NCBI GenBank assembly: GCA_025284135.1
Contig: GCA_025284135.1_3646.1
From: a phage
Length of the DNA stretch: 64,000 nt
Direction: 5' to 3' (one strand)
A model generated the notes under the pieces. The model searched no databases, was not told the origin of the DNA, and saw nothing but the letters and a program-made list of their open reading frames with translations. Of this stretch, positions 53,212-62,138 are shown in pieces (the first letter of the stretch is position 1; the number at the start of each line of letters is the position of its first letter). Made by a program: the position numbers and the translations under genes.

Positions 53212-54255
53212 TTATTTAACGTGTTTGAAAATACCTGCCAACTCGGTCATTGTCATGCGGGTGGTCTTCATAAGATCTGTCATAGCTTTCTCCATAATTG
53301 GAGATACTACCATAAAGTTTCCTTTAGTGAAACCTTTATTCCAGTCGGTCACCAACAGTGGTTTAAGTCCAGCTCCGAGACGTTCACCAGTTAAAGCACA
53401 GCATTTGCGAATATACGAACTCTTAAATTGGCTGAACGACAGATCAACTTTCATACCTGCATCGTAGAACGTTTGACAATAGAAAGTGTAAGCCTTAGCA
53501 ATCTCAACATCATCAGGCAGTGCAGGAACTTCTTCTGCAATACCCTCTTCGACCTCCTGAGGATCTTTTTCCTCTTCAGAGTTCTGTTCTTCAATTTCTT
53601 CTGTCACAGTCTCGTTTACGATGTCTGAAATGTGTTTGTTGGCTGCACGATCAGCCATGAAATTTTTAAAGTCCTGCATTGGTGACATATCTTCCTCCTC
53701 TTCGTCAAATAGTGCTAGTTTATCTTCTTCTGTCCCGTATTGCAAGATGAAATCTTCAAAAGTATAATCACCTTTCAATTTCTCCATACGCTCTTCGCTC
53801 AGGTGGAGCATCATCTGCTGGACAATTTTTCGATCAGTTTTGTCTTTTATCAAGATTGCAGTCTTTTTATCTACCAGACAGTCCTTCAGAGCGTTGCACC
53901 TCAATCCCACCACACAACAATTATCAATTGAGTAAGGACCTTCATCATCTATCCGCTCCAGAGATGGATAGAAAGGATTTCCCAGCCCGTTTTCATCTGT
54001 GTGCATGTCAAAAGGTATAAGGGTGTAATCGCACACTCCATCTCCTAAAAGTTTTTTACCAAATAGGAGGTATTCTTCCCATGACAGGTTGAACTCTATA
54101 TCCCGTTTCCGTGCATTATTCTGTTTGCGTCTATATTTTTTGAGCAGGCGCTCTAACTCTTCTGGTGTATAATATTTTTCAAGATTCATGAGTTGTCTCT
54201 TGTGCTCTGTAGGTGAAGAAATCTTATCAAGTGCCTCAACAGATGTCAACCTCAA
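53212..54255 (-). CDS. HNH-like endonuclease candidate with acidic central linker
   Basis: 347 aa; segment SLERIDDEGPYSIDNCCVVGLRCNALKD resembles the R/H-I-D...N...CN-x-x-K core of HNH/His-Me finger nucleases; track start is TTG, so the true start is uncertain. Confidence 0.3.
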   Translation of the reverse strand: MRLTSVEALDKISSPTEHKRQLMNLEKYYTPEELERLLKKYRRKQNNARKRDIEFNLSWEEYLLFGKKLLGDGVCDYTLIPFDMHTDENGLGNPFYPSLERIDDEGPYSIDNCCVVGLRCNALKDCLVDKKTAILIKDKTDRKIVQQMMLHLSEERMEKLKGDYTFEDFILQYGTEEDKLALFDEEEEDMSPMQDFKNFMADRAANKHISDIVNETVTEEIEEQNSEEEKDPQEVEEGIAEEVPALPDDVEIAKAYTFYCQTFYDAGMKVDLSFSQFKSSYIRKCCALTGERLGAGLKPLLVTDWNKGFTKGNFMVVSPIMEKAMTDLMKTTRMTMTELAGIFKHVK

Positions 54256-54262
54256 AAACGTG

Positions 54263-54291
54263 TTGACTTTACCCTAAATCCACGATATAGT
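54263..54291 (+). promoter_or_regulatory. sigma70-type promoter (TTGACT-N17-TATAGT) in divergent intergenic region
   Basis: Hexamers with 17-nt spacer; lies inside the track-predicted 5' extension of ORF 54290, supporting the downstream ATG 54332 as the start. Confidence 0.5.
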
Positions 54292-54331
54292 GCACCCATT
54301 CGAAAGAAAACGAACACAGGAGTACTTAATC

Positions 54332-55243
54332 ATGGCAAATCTTAACAGCTTTAGCACTCGGTGGAAACAAGATATCACAACCAATCTCTCAGCAGGCGAT
54401 ATCCTTTCTGCAATTTACGAGGCTTTGGATGATAAAGCTACTTCAAAAGCGGTTTGTACCAACCCACTAATTCCTGTAGTGATGAAGGTTATTGAGCGTA
54501 GATTGGTATCTGGGTCTGATAAGTGGACATATTTAGATAATGAAGGACACACCTATTCCAATGGGTACGTCGATATAAAAGTAGAATACGCGGTATCATA
54601 CCGCCGGAGCGGTTCTGTAACTTTCAACTTCTCTGGAGGTTTTCGATCTCTGGCTACCTCACCTTTTGTTTCCTCAGAGGAGAAGTATGAGCTTCCATTT
54701 CTTTGGATGATGGCTAACGCGACAGGAAAAACCCCCGTTAGCATCCGAGTAAAATACAACTACAACGGATCTAGTAAGATCTATGCCGAGAGTGTCTCAG
54801 CAAGTTTTTATTTTGTGATGGGGGATGGAATCCTCAAACATATAAAGATGTGCGATATGCATGATGTTATAAATGAAGTGACTGATAAGAATGTTCTGGT
54901 GAAGGATCTCAACAATTTTTATACACCCGGAGACTATTACGTCAGCCGTCCACTGTGCATCTTTAATGCCGCACACCCTCTAGGTGAGTATTTGATCGCC
55001 AATAGCGATATTGCCAATAACCGCTTCGAGGTAGCAAGAGTACAGAATGAGGTATTGACATCTTGCAAGAGCGGTGATAAGTTTACCGAAGAAGAGATGG
55101 GTGTTTTAGAAATGATGGGATATAAGTGTAGCCTTTGGGTAGATGAGGTGTTTAATGATTGCATCTATGGACAGGATATTTACCCATTAAAGAAGTATAC
55201 TGATTCCAGTTTAATATTTGACTATGATGAAGTCATGTGGTAG
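54332..55243 (+). CDS. hypothetical protein (303 aa)
   Basis: ATG 54332 with CAGGAG SD; first gene of plus-strand operon; no motif recognised. Confidence 0.45.
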   Translation: MANLNSFSTRWKQDITTNLSAGDILSAIYEALDDKATSKAVCTNPLIPVVMKVIERRLVSGSDKWTYLDNEGHTYSNGYVDIKVEYAVSYRRSGSVTFNFSGGFRSLATSPFVSSEEKYELPFLWMMANATGKTPVSIRVKYNYNGSSKIYAESVSASFYFVMGDGILKHIKMCDMHDVINEVTDKNVLVKDLNNFYTPGDYYVSRPLCIFNAAHPLGEYLIANSDIANNRFEVARVQNEVLTSCKSGDKFTEEEMGVLEMMGYKCSLWVDEVFNDCIYGQDIYPLKKYTDSSLIFDYDEVMW

Positions 55244-55496
55244 TGTATATTATGTTGGTGAGAATGTTCAGGCAGATAGTGTGTGGAAATCCATTAAGTC
55301 CACCACCGATGATGCCTTTCTGAGCGGGTTATGCTTTCCCAGCCCAGGGGACACTCTCCCTTACCCTGGAGATTTTGTTGTCAACAAGATGGACGGTTAT
55401 ACCGTGTGCCTGATGGTTGAAAAAATCTTTTTAGACACTAGACACAATCACCGTCTTGTGTTAAAATTTCAAGAATGTAAAATGACAATTGCCTAA
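55218..55496 (+). CDS. hypothetical protein (92 aa)
   Basis: Track ORF with TTG start overlapping previous gene; real start probably an internal ATG. Confidence 0.3.
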   Translation: MTMMKSCGSVYYVGENVQADSVWKSIKSTTDDAFLSGLCFPSPGDTLPYPGDFVVNKMDGYTVCLMVEKIFLDTRHNHRLVLKFQECKMTIA

Positions 55497-55509
55497 GGAG
55501 ACCTTGCCG

Positions 55510-55866
55510 ATGTCTAAAGTTACTTATCGTGCAGCTATTTACTGCAATGAACACCCAATCTATAATGATGGTCACTGCCTTTTTAAAGAAAATCAATTGG
55601 GCTGTATTGTCCTCCCTGATGAAGGTGAAGGTTATCTGATTGCGTTGACAGGGTTTGAACCTGAAGCTCTGGAAGCCAATCTTGACTACCTGGTAGAAGA
55701 GGGTGCTGCAGACCTGGTTGCCAATGGCCTATCCGTAAGCCTTGATGAAGTGGAGCGCTTCATGGGCAATTACCGTGTAGTGCGTGAGTTTACTATCGAG
55801 GTGGAAACTCCAGAGTGGGGTAGCACTGAAACTAATGCCGAAGAAAAAGAAGAGGAGGTAGAATAA
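55510..55866 (+). CDS. strongly acidic small protein (DNA-mimic/anti-restriction candidate)
   Basis: ATG 55510 with AAGGAG SD (track gives TTG 55489); about 27 Asp/Glu vs about 7 Lys/Arg; acidic tail EEKEEEVE. Confidence 0.45.
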   Translation: MSKVTYRAAIYCNEHPIYNDGHCLFKENQLGCIVLPDEGEGYLIALTGFEPEALEANLDYLVEEGAADLVANGLSVSLDEVERFMGNYRVVREFTIEVETPEWGSTETNAEEKEEEVE

Positions 55867-56123
55867 TGAAAGTGCAGATCTTGACTAATGCCGAGAAGAT
55901 GTTTATTGAAGATACACCTTTTGAAGCTGGTGAGCTACAGTTCGTTTATTTTGTTGACTTAGATAAGGTGTTCCCTGCACTGAATCTGGGTCTGGATGAA
56001 GTTCCTCATAAGGTTTTGTGCCAAGTTGTTCGTGCCTTAGCGGCAGAGGGGGAGTTCCACACCCTTCAAGATATCCAGACCTACGGGTATCTTGAACTAC
56101 AACGAGAAGAAGAGGTGGACTGA
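55866..56123 (+). CDS. acidic small protein (85 aa)
   Basis: Start overlaps previous stop (TAATGA); net charge about -11. Confidence 0.45.
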   Translation: MKVQILTNAEKMFIEDTPFEAGELQFVYFVDLDKVFPALNLGLDEVPHKVLCQVVRALAAEGEFHTLQDIQTYGYLELQREEEVD

Positions 56124-56125
56124 TA

Positions 56126-56506
56126 ATGGCTCAGTGGAAGACAACAGTTGACCTTCATGATCAGTGGTTAGGACGCATCACTGAAGACGGGAAGTTAGTT
56201 GAGTGGGACAATAAGCATGTTAGCGAGTTGGCAAGTATTGTGGCTGGCAAGTTACGATCCAAGTTCCCTGAACAACTGGATCCTGATAGTTCAAAGTTCG
56301 ATCCTGAGTTGGAGGATGTTGTATACTACTTCGACACCGTGGATGACTACGATGCGTGGTTTGCAGCACGGGAGCTTTACCCACAAGGATCTGCTATGCG
56401 CCAGATGGAAGAAGATTATCCTCCGTGCGAGCAATTCAATAGTGCAATGACTTGCCTCTACGATTGGGCAGATAAGAACCTTGTCTGGATTCGGACTGCA
56501 TTTTAG
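56126..56506 (+). CDS. acidic small protein (126 aa)
   Basis: Asp-rich (DTVDDYDAW); net charge about -13. Confidence 0.45.
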   Translation: MAQWKTTVDLHDQWLGRITEDGKLVEWDNKHVSELASIVAGKLRSKFPEQLDPDSSKFDPELEDVVYYFDTVDDYDAWFAARELYPQGSAMRQMEEDYPPCEQFNSAMTCLYDWADKNLVWIRTAF

Positions 56507-56550
56507 TGGGCAGGAATGGCGGCAAGGATGCTGCTTAAGGAGTAGTAGAG

Positions 56551-56820
56551 ATGTTATACCAGCAATATGAACTTCGTGCAGAAAAAGAGTTAAATTTTGA
56601 CAAAGATATTCACAGATATTATTATGGGAAAGTTAGAGGGCAAGCAAGAAAGTGTACTCCAACACTCTTTTATGCCAGCAGACGACTAGCGCCAGAAGAG
56701 GCAACAGCAGAAAGGGTTGCGTACAACTGGAGAGTCACGTATGATATTGACAGATCCGATGTGATATCTGTTTTGGAAAACTTTGAAAACACTTACACAC
56801 AAGTAGAGGACTTTTACTAA
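56551..56820 (+). CDS. hypothetical protein (89 aa)
   Basis: ORF immediately upstream of and overlapping the AAA+ ATPase start. Confidence 0.4.
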   Translation: MLYQQYELRAEKELNFDKDIHRYYYGKVRGQARKCTPTLFYASRRLAPEEATAERVAYNWRVTYDIDRSDVISVLENFENTYTQVEDFY

Positions 56821-58004
56821 TGTCAAGAAACGTATTTGAAAGTGGTCAAATCACTGTCCGTGAGTTGCCAGCTATCATTCAGTTTGCCCAGCGTCATAAC
56901 CGATCTGTCCTGATTTTAGGACCAATGGGCGTGGGAAAGAGCCGGGTGATGAAGCAGATCGCAGACAATATGTTCGGTGAGCGAGATGACAACTTGGTTG
57001 ACGTGCGGTTGTCAGATAAAGATCCTGCCGACTTATCTGGGCTACCTATCCCTGTAGAAGCGGATGGAACTACACGTACAGTGTTTGCAATTCCAGAATT
57101 TTGGCCTGCGGATCCTGACTGGAGCGGAATTATCTTTCTGGATGAGCTCACTCATGCAGATAACTACCTGCAAAAGGTTGCAATGCAAATTATGCTCGAC
57201 CACAAGTGCGGTACCTATGCATTCCCTAAAGGTTCTGTTTTTGTGGCTGCTGGTAACCGTTCTACAGATGGTGCGGTTCTTTCGGCGCTCGAAGCCCCTC
57301 TGGCTAACCGTTTTATCATTGTAGAAGTTACAAGCAATGCAGAGGTGTTTATTGAGGACTACGCATTCCTTAATGGGGTGCATTCCTCTGTAATTGGATA
57401 TCTGAAAAGAGTTCCATCAGCTATCGATAATTATGAGGCTATGGCTGAGATTAATTGTCCATCTTTTGCCACACCGCGATCTTGGGTTGCTGCATCTGAT
57501 ATCTTGCACGATTTTGACAGCGGCATTATTTCTGACGCTATGGCCCGTGTTCTTCTGCAAGGTGCTATTGGTCACACTGCAGCGGTAGAGATCTGGACTT
57601 ACCACACCAAGAAACGCAACTTACCGGAAATCGGTCGGATTATGGCAGGAGGTTGCAAAGAATATGTAGGTCCTAAACAGCCAGACATCTTGTGGATTCT
57701 TGGATCTGAAGGTTGTATCGCTATTCGTAATATGATGGAAAATGCAAGTATCTCCGACGAAGATCTTGTTAGCTGTGTGGCAAACTTCCTCGATTTCCTT
57801 TGGGGAAACTTCAAGGATGAGAACCGAGATTTTGTATTCTCAGTCTTTATGGCGATGATGAAACCTAATGCCTTAGGAAATGCCTTGCTTATCGGTAAAG
57901 GTCGTGACAAGATTGTTGCTCAGCTGATCAAAGCATACCCAAACCTGATGAAGATTGTAAAAGAGTTTGGTGAAGAGTTTAGCGCCATTTTGGCTAAAGC
58001 TTAA
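56820..58004 (+). CDS. AAA+ ATPase, MoxR/AAA_5-like
   Basis: 394 aa; Walker A GPMGVGKS, Walker B IIFLDEL, sensor-like AAGNRSTDG; domain order typical of MoxR/CbbQ/CobS-type ATPases. Confidence 0.75.
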   Translation: MSRNVFESGQITVRELPAIIQFAQRHNRSVLILGPMGVGKSRVMKQIADNMFGERDDNLVDVRLSDKDPADLSGLPIPVEADGTTRTVFAIPEFWPADPDWSGIIFLDELTHADNYLQKVAMQIMLDHKCGTYAFPKGSVFVAAGNRSTDGAVLSALEAPLANRFIIVEVTSNAEVFIEDYAFLNGVHSSVIGYLKRVPSAIDNYEAMAEINCPSFATPRSWVAASDILHDFDSGIISDAMARVLLQGAIGHTAAVEIWTYHTKKRNLPEIGRIMAGGCKEYVGPKQPDILWILGSEGCIAIRNMMENASISDEDLVSCVANFLDFLWGNFKDENRDFVFSVFMAMMKPNALGNALLIGKGRDKIVAQLIKAYPNLMKIVKEFGEEFSAILAKA

Positions 58005-58013
58005 GGAGGTTGT

Positions 58014-58394
58014 ATGGCTAAAGTAGGTAAGCGGGGAAACTACCTAGTGGTATTGACCGAGGAGCCCGAGAAGGAGTACGAATGCAGCTCCACTTGCGTG
58101 ATCGATATCCGAGAAAAAGATGTAGATGAAATCTGGTTTGAAATATTGGACGCTTGCGATAGCAGTGATTATTTCTTCATCTATGTCAACGATAAGGCTG
58201 GGTTCTTCCATGACGACGGAGAGTTGCCGTATGAAATCTATGAACTTGTAGAGGCTTGCCATCGTGGAGATGCGGAGTTGTTTGGCTTACGGCTGAAAAG
58301 CGGTAAATTCTTCTATCAAGATGAGTGCATGAATCTTCATAACTTTGTAGAGGGAACTTGCAACGATGGAGAGATTCTGGCACACTACGATTAA
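58014..58394 (+). CDS. strongly acidic small protein (126 aa)
   Basis: About 29 Asp/Glu vs about 11 basic residues; followed by terminator. Confidence 0.45.
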   Translation: MAKVGKRGNYLVVLTEEPEKEYECSSTCVIDIREKDVDEIWFEILDACDSSDYFFIYVNDKAGFFHDDGELPYEIYELVEACHRGDAELFGLRLKSGKFFYQDECMNLHNFVEGTCNDGEILAHYD

Positions 58395-58404
58395 TTTCTA
58401 AGAC

Positions 58405-58433
58405 CACCCCGCTTCGGCGGGGATTTTCTATTT
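58405..58433 (+). terminator. intrinsic terminator (UUCG tetraloop)
   Basis: CCCCGC-TTCG-GCGGGG followed by ATTTTCTATTT; same hairpin core as at 32290. Confidence 0.75.
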
Positions 58434-58442
58434 GGAGTTATT

Positions 58443-58943
58443 GTGAAAATTAAGATCTTTGCTATTATTTTGAGCGCATTTTTATCGCTGCCTGTTGTTG
58501 CAGCACCAAAACAAAAAGTATACCATACTTGCAAGCCATCAGATACTAAGGAAAACATTCTAGCATGCAATATCTACAGGGAAGCTAGAGGAGATGGCAC
58601 GATGGGTATGCTGGCATCTGGGTTTGCCACCCTAAACAGAAAATCTCATCCCAAATACCCAGACACTATAAGAAAGATTGTCTACCAACCTAATCAGTTT
58701 TCGTGGACAAACTACGGCAAAACTTTTAAGGTGACAGAAAAAGATTCATGGGATCACGCTAAAAGTCTTGCAAAGATGCTTCTAAAGGTCTATAATAACA
58801 ACCATGTTGCATACATGGCTATGGATATAACAGGTGGAGCAACACACTACCATACAACCAAAGTACGACCGAAATGGGCAAAAAAGATGCAGAGGACAGC
58901 TCAATTCGGGAGCCATATCTACTACAAGGAGCGCAATAAATGA
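58443..58943 (+). CDS. secreted cell wall hydrolase, SleB/CwlJ-type (Hydrolase_2-like); endolysin candidate
   Basis: 166 aa; GTG start with GGAG SD; N-terminal signal peptide (MKIKIFAIILSAFLSLPVVAAP); motifs ACNIYREARGDG, GMLASGFATLNR, YPDTIRKIVYQPNQFSW match the conserved blocks of SleB-family hydrolases. Confidence 0.7.
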   Translation: MKIKIFAIILSAFLSLPVVAAPKQKVYHTCKPSDTKENILACNIYREARGDGTMGMLASGFATLNRKSHPKYPDTIRKIVYQPNQFSWTNYGKTFKVTEKDSWDHAKSLAKMLLKVYNNNHVAYMAMDITGGATHYHTTKVRPKWAKKMQRTAQFGSHIYYKERNK

Positions 58944-60922
58944 TCGTAAACAGTAATGAAACTAAAGCGGTACTAACCGGGAATATGGAGGTCACCAGGG
59001 GCTCAATTTCTCTGAACAAAGAGACTTTTGGGCTAATCATTAAAGGGATTTACGAAGATAAGGTGCTGGCAAGCTGCCGTGAACCAATCTTCAACGCCGT
59101 GGACTCCCATGTTGAGTCTGGACGGGGTGATGTACCGATCATTATTCACTCTCCTACAGACCTTGAACCGTACTTCTTTGTGCAGGACGTCGGATTGGGC
59201 ATGTCAGAAGAGATGGTCCGCAACACTTTCATGAACCTCGGGGAGTCAACCAAGCGCAACAGCAACGCTCTGGTAGGTAATAAAGGTGTTGGTTCAAAGG
59301 CTCCGTTCAGCATGGTGGACACTTTCGATGTGATCAGTGTGCATAATGGTGTTGAAAGCACATATCTATTGTTCTTGGATCAGGGTATCCCAAACGTTAC
59401 CAAGATTCGCGAGCGGAAGACTGAAGAGCACAACGGGGTAAAAGTTCAGTTCCATGTTAAGAAAGAGCATGTCCTGAAATATCGCACTGCTATTGCATCG
59501 TGCTTACGCTATGCGAAGTTTCCGTTCACCGTCACCGATCCCATGACCAGTAAGATGTTAGAAGGTGACAAGGTTGAGGCACAGTATCATTACGAGAAGG
59601 ATGGCTGGAAAATGACCATCCTGAAAGGTTATACCAGTTCTGATGAGAGCCGTGTTGTGATGGGTCACCAACCTTACCGCTCTAAGTTCCTGGAGACATT
59701 GACCGATTACCCTGCAATCTGCGTGGAAATTCCTATTGGGGATTGCAATATTAACCCTGGGCGTGAATGGACCATAGAGGGCCATGACGACGGTGGATTC
59801 CAGGATCGCCTGGAGGCCTTTGTCAAAGAAGGTATACGTCTTCGCGGGGCAGAAGTTGTTGCAGAACTGGAGACGGCAAAAACCTCCGCAGAAGCACGTG
59901 AAATGATGAAGAATAGTGGAGTGTTCGGGCACATCTTCGGTAAGAATTTTATGTATGACCGCTGGGAAGAAACAGGGCTAGGGAATTTGGGGGACTGCGA
60001 GATCTTCGCTGGCGGCTTAAATAAAGGCCGCATAGGTTACGCCTGCTACGGAAAGGTAGAATTCTTACGGGGAGTTTATTTAGTATTTAACGACGGAGAC
60101 GGCAAATATAACCGGAATAAGTGTAACTACTTAAGCGAGATCACCGGACGCAACGTTTTCTATTGCCGTAACACGGATCTGGTGAAAGAGTTTAAAGAGG
60201 CGGCACACCATCCGTTTTTTGCAGATACGGTCAAATTGTTATCTGAGCTTCCACGCCGACCTACGAAGAAAGGTGAAACCAAAACCCGTTACGAACCAGG
60301 CTATTGGGTTAAAAAACTTGAGAAGGATGGTTACTTCCGGCGTGAGCGTATTACTAAGGCAGAGTTCAGGAAGATTAAGTACTGCATTCCCTACGAGGGG
60401 GATATCCAACGTGGAAGTTGTTGGCTGGGACAGCTGAGTAACATCTACCAGCAAAATTATGACCGTGTGCGTGCGGCACTCCAGATTCCTGAAGGGGAAG
60501 ATCTGTACCTGGTATCGGAATCTCGTCTGCTTTGGACTGATCCTGATTGCCAGTATGTTACAGAGAAGAATGTGGAACATTTGTTGAAAGAGGATGCTTG
60601 GAAATTCTTACTGACTCGCGCAGCAAATGAAACTTCATATGACAGCCTGTATAGACAATTAGGGAAAATTATTCCCATGCAAGATTTTGGAAATTATCGG
60701 CCACATTTCCACAAGTGGGAAGGTAACACCGCGTGGAAGCACAGTGAGCTAAATCATCGTGCCAAAATCTTAATCGCCAACCGAGTTAAATGCGGGAAGG
60801 CCTATATTGCAAGATTGGAAAAGAAATACCCACTTTTGAAGCATGTAGGCTTGAAATATTGGGACACTCCTGCTATGATTGAATACCGTGAACTGATCGA
60901 TACAAAGAATAACATCAAATAA
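58940..60922 (+). CDS. rIIA: rIIA-like protein (GHKL/HATPase-like N-terminal domain)
   Basis: 660 aa; N-terminal segments REPIFNAVDSH, FFVQDVGLGMS, GNKGVGSKAPFSMVDTFDVISVH parallel T4 rIIA ([45 protein letters not shown]); followed by rIIB-like gene. Confidence 0.85.
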   Translation: MIVNSNETKAVLTGNMEVTRGSISLNKETFGLIIKGIYEDKVLASCREPIFNAVDSHVESGRGDVPIIIHSPTDLEPYFFVQDVGLGMSEEMVRNTFMNLGESTKRNSNALVGNKGVGSKAPFSMVDTFDVISVHNGVESTYLLFLDQGIPNVTKIRERKTEEHNGVKVQFHVKKEHVLKYRTAIASCLRYAKFPFTVTDPMTSKMLEGDKVEAQYHYEKDGWKMTILKGYTSSDESRVVMGHQPYRSKFLETLTDYPAICVEIPIGDCNINPGREWTIEGHDDGGFQDRLEAFVKEGIRLRGAEVVAELETAKTSAEAREMMKNSGVFGHIFGKNFMYDRWEETGLGNLGDCEIFAGGLNKGRIGYACYGKVEFLRGVYLVFNDGDGKYNRNKCNYLSEITGRNVFYCRNTDLVKEFKEAAHHPFFADTVKLLSELPRRPTKKGETKTRYEPGYWVKKLEKDGYFRRERITKAEFRKIKYCIPYEGDIQRGSCWLGQLSNIYQQNYDRVRAALQIPEGEDLYLVSESRLLWTDPDCQYVTEKNVEHLLKEDAWKFLLTRAANETSYDSLYRQLGKIIPMQDFGNYRPHFHKWEGNTAWKHSELNHRAKILIANRVKCGKAYIARLEKKYPLLKHVGLKYWDTPAMIEYRELIDTKNNIK

Positions 60923-60932
60923 GGAGACCAAG

Positions 60933-62138
60933 ATGATTTTCATCTACGAACATTTCAAAACCCGTAAAGAAGCACGAGACCGCCGTGCAGAACTTGAGAA
61001 GAAGGGTTTCACATGTGCCATTGAGAAAGGCGACACAACCTGGACACTGGCAGTTGGTGCCCCAGAGTTGTTCGATCCTGACCGTGACAGCGTCTGCTAC
61101 ACCCGTGAAGATTTTGAAACCCGCGAAGAGGCCCGTTTATTTCGATACGGTCTGGAAGATAACGGTAAGTACGCCATGATCTTAGATTTAGGCGAAGGGT
61201 CCGTTAAACGTTGGGGCGTGGTATACCCACTGTGTGTTGTTCATGGTGTGGGGTTCACTGGGGTAGCAATCAAGTCAGAAGAACCTTTAGTAGAAGTCAA
61301 AGATCCGGTGCTGGAGGTGGTGAGCAGTGTATCTCAGCAACAGACTCGAAGTATTGAGCCTTTGGTAGTTATTTGTGGGGAACTCCTCCAGATCACCTGC
61401 AACGAAGGCATTTTTGAAATTCGCCGCAGCGAAAGTGAGGAAGTTTACCAGAAAGTCTTCGACCATATCTCTGTCCAGAAATATGACGAGGCAATTGGTG
61501 AAATCCTTGTCTGGTTGGAACGCAAGAATGAGTTCACTACACTTGCAGACAACCTGATCATGAAAGATGGTAAGCTCTACTACTACGGTGTAGAGATGCG
61601 ATCCACCATTGCAAAGAAAATTGAGAAAGATTATGCAGACGGAACACTAGATGACCGCTATGTGAAATTCCTAGTTCGCCTGCTACGCAATCCTTCTGCA
61701 AAATCTGTAAACATGCTCTACGATTTTATGCAGGCCAACGATATCCAGGTTGCAGAAGATGGTCGAATCATTTGCTACAAAGGGGTTCAGTTTAACGGCA
61801 GCAAGTGGGTGGATTGGCACAGTGGTAAAGTTCCACAATACCAGGGTGCTTTTGTATCCATGCCTCGTAACTTTGTAGAGGATGATCCTGAAGCTGCGTG
61901 CTCCTATGGCTTACACTGCGCCAGCAAAGAGTATGCAAAGAGCTACGGCACTGTAATGACTGTTATGGTTGATCCTGCAGATGTGGTCAGTGTGCCATAC
62001 CAACACAATAGCGCTAAGTGCCGTGCATGCCGCTATGAGATTGTGGTAGCTCCGGAAGCACGCAAAGACGGAGACCCTATTGAATATGTAGTTGATCGTG
62101 ACGGTAACACTATCGACATTCTTTACGAGGAGGCGTAA
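60933..62138 (+). CDS. rIIB: rIIB-like protein
   Basis: 401 aa; C-terminal half parallels T4 rIIB (YDFMQANDIQVAEDGRIICYK vs FDFLVANDIEITEDGYFYAWK; GLHCASKEY...VMVDPADVVSVPYQHNSAKCRACRYEIVV vs GLHVCSKSY...VKVHPRDVVSIPIDYNDAKMRTCQYEVV). Confidence 0.85.
   Translation: MIFIYEHFKTRKEARDRRAELEKKGFTCAIEKGDTTWTLAVGAPELFDPDRDSVCYTREDFETREEARLFRYGLEDNGKYAMILDLGEGSVKRWGVVYPLCVVHGVGFTGVAIKSEEPLVEVKDPVLEVVSSVSQQQTRSIEPLVVICGELLQITCNEGIFEIRRSESEEVYQKVFDHISVQKYDEAIGEILVWLERKNEFTTLADNLIMKDGKLYYYGVEMRSTIAKKIEKDYADGTLDDRYVKFLVRLLRNPSAKSVNMLYDFMQANDIQVAEDGRIICYKGVQFNGSKWVDWHSGKVPQYQGAFVSMPRNFVEDDPEAACSYGLHCASKEYAKSYGTVMTVMVDPADVVSVPYQHNSAKCRACRYEIVVAPEARKDGDPIEYVVDRDGNTIDILYEEA

Noticed and set aside
54290-54331. 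Track start (54290) of the first plus-strand early gene
   Set aside because: The 5' extension lies inside the predicted promoter (TTGACT-N17-TATAGT, 54263-54291); ATG 54332 with CAGGAG SD is the more plausible start
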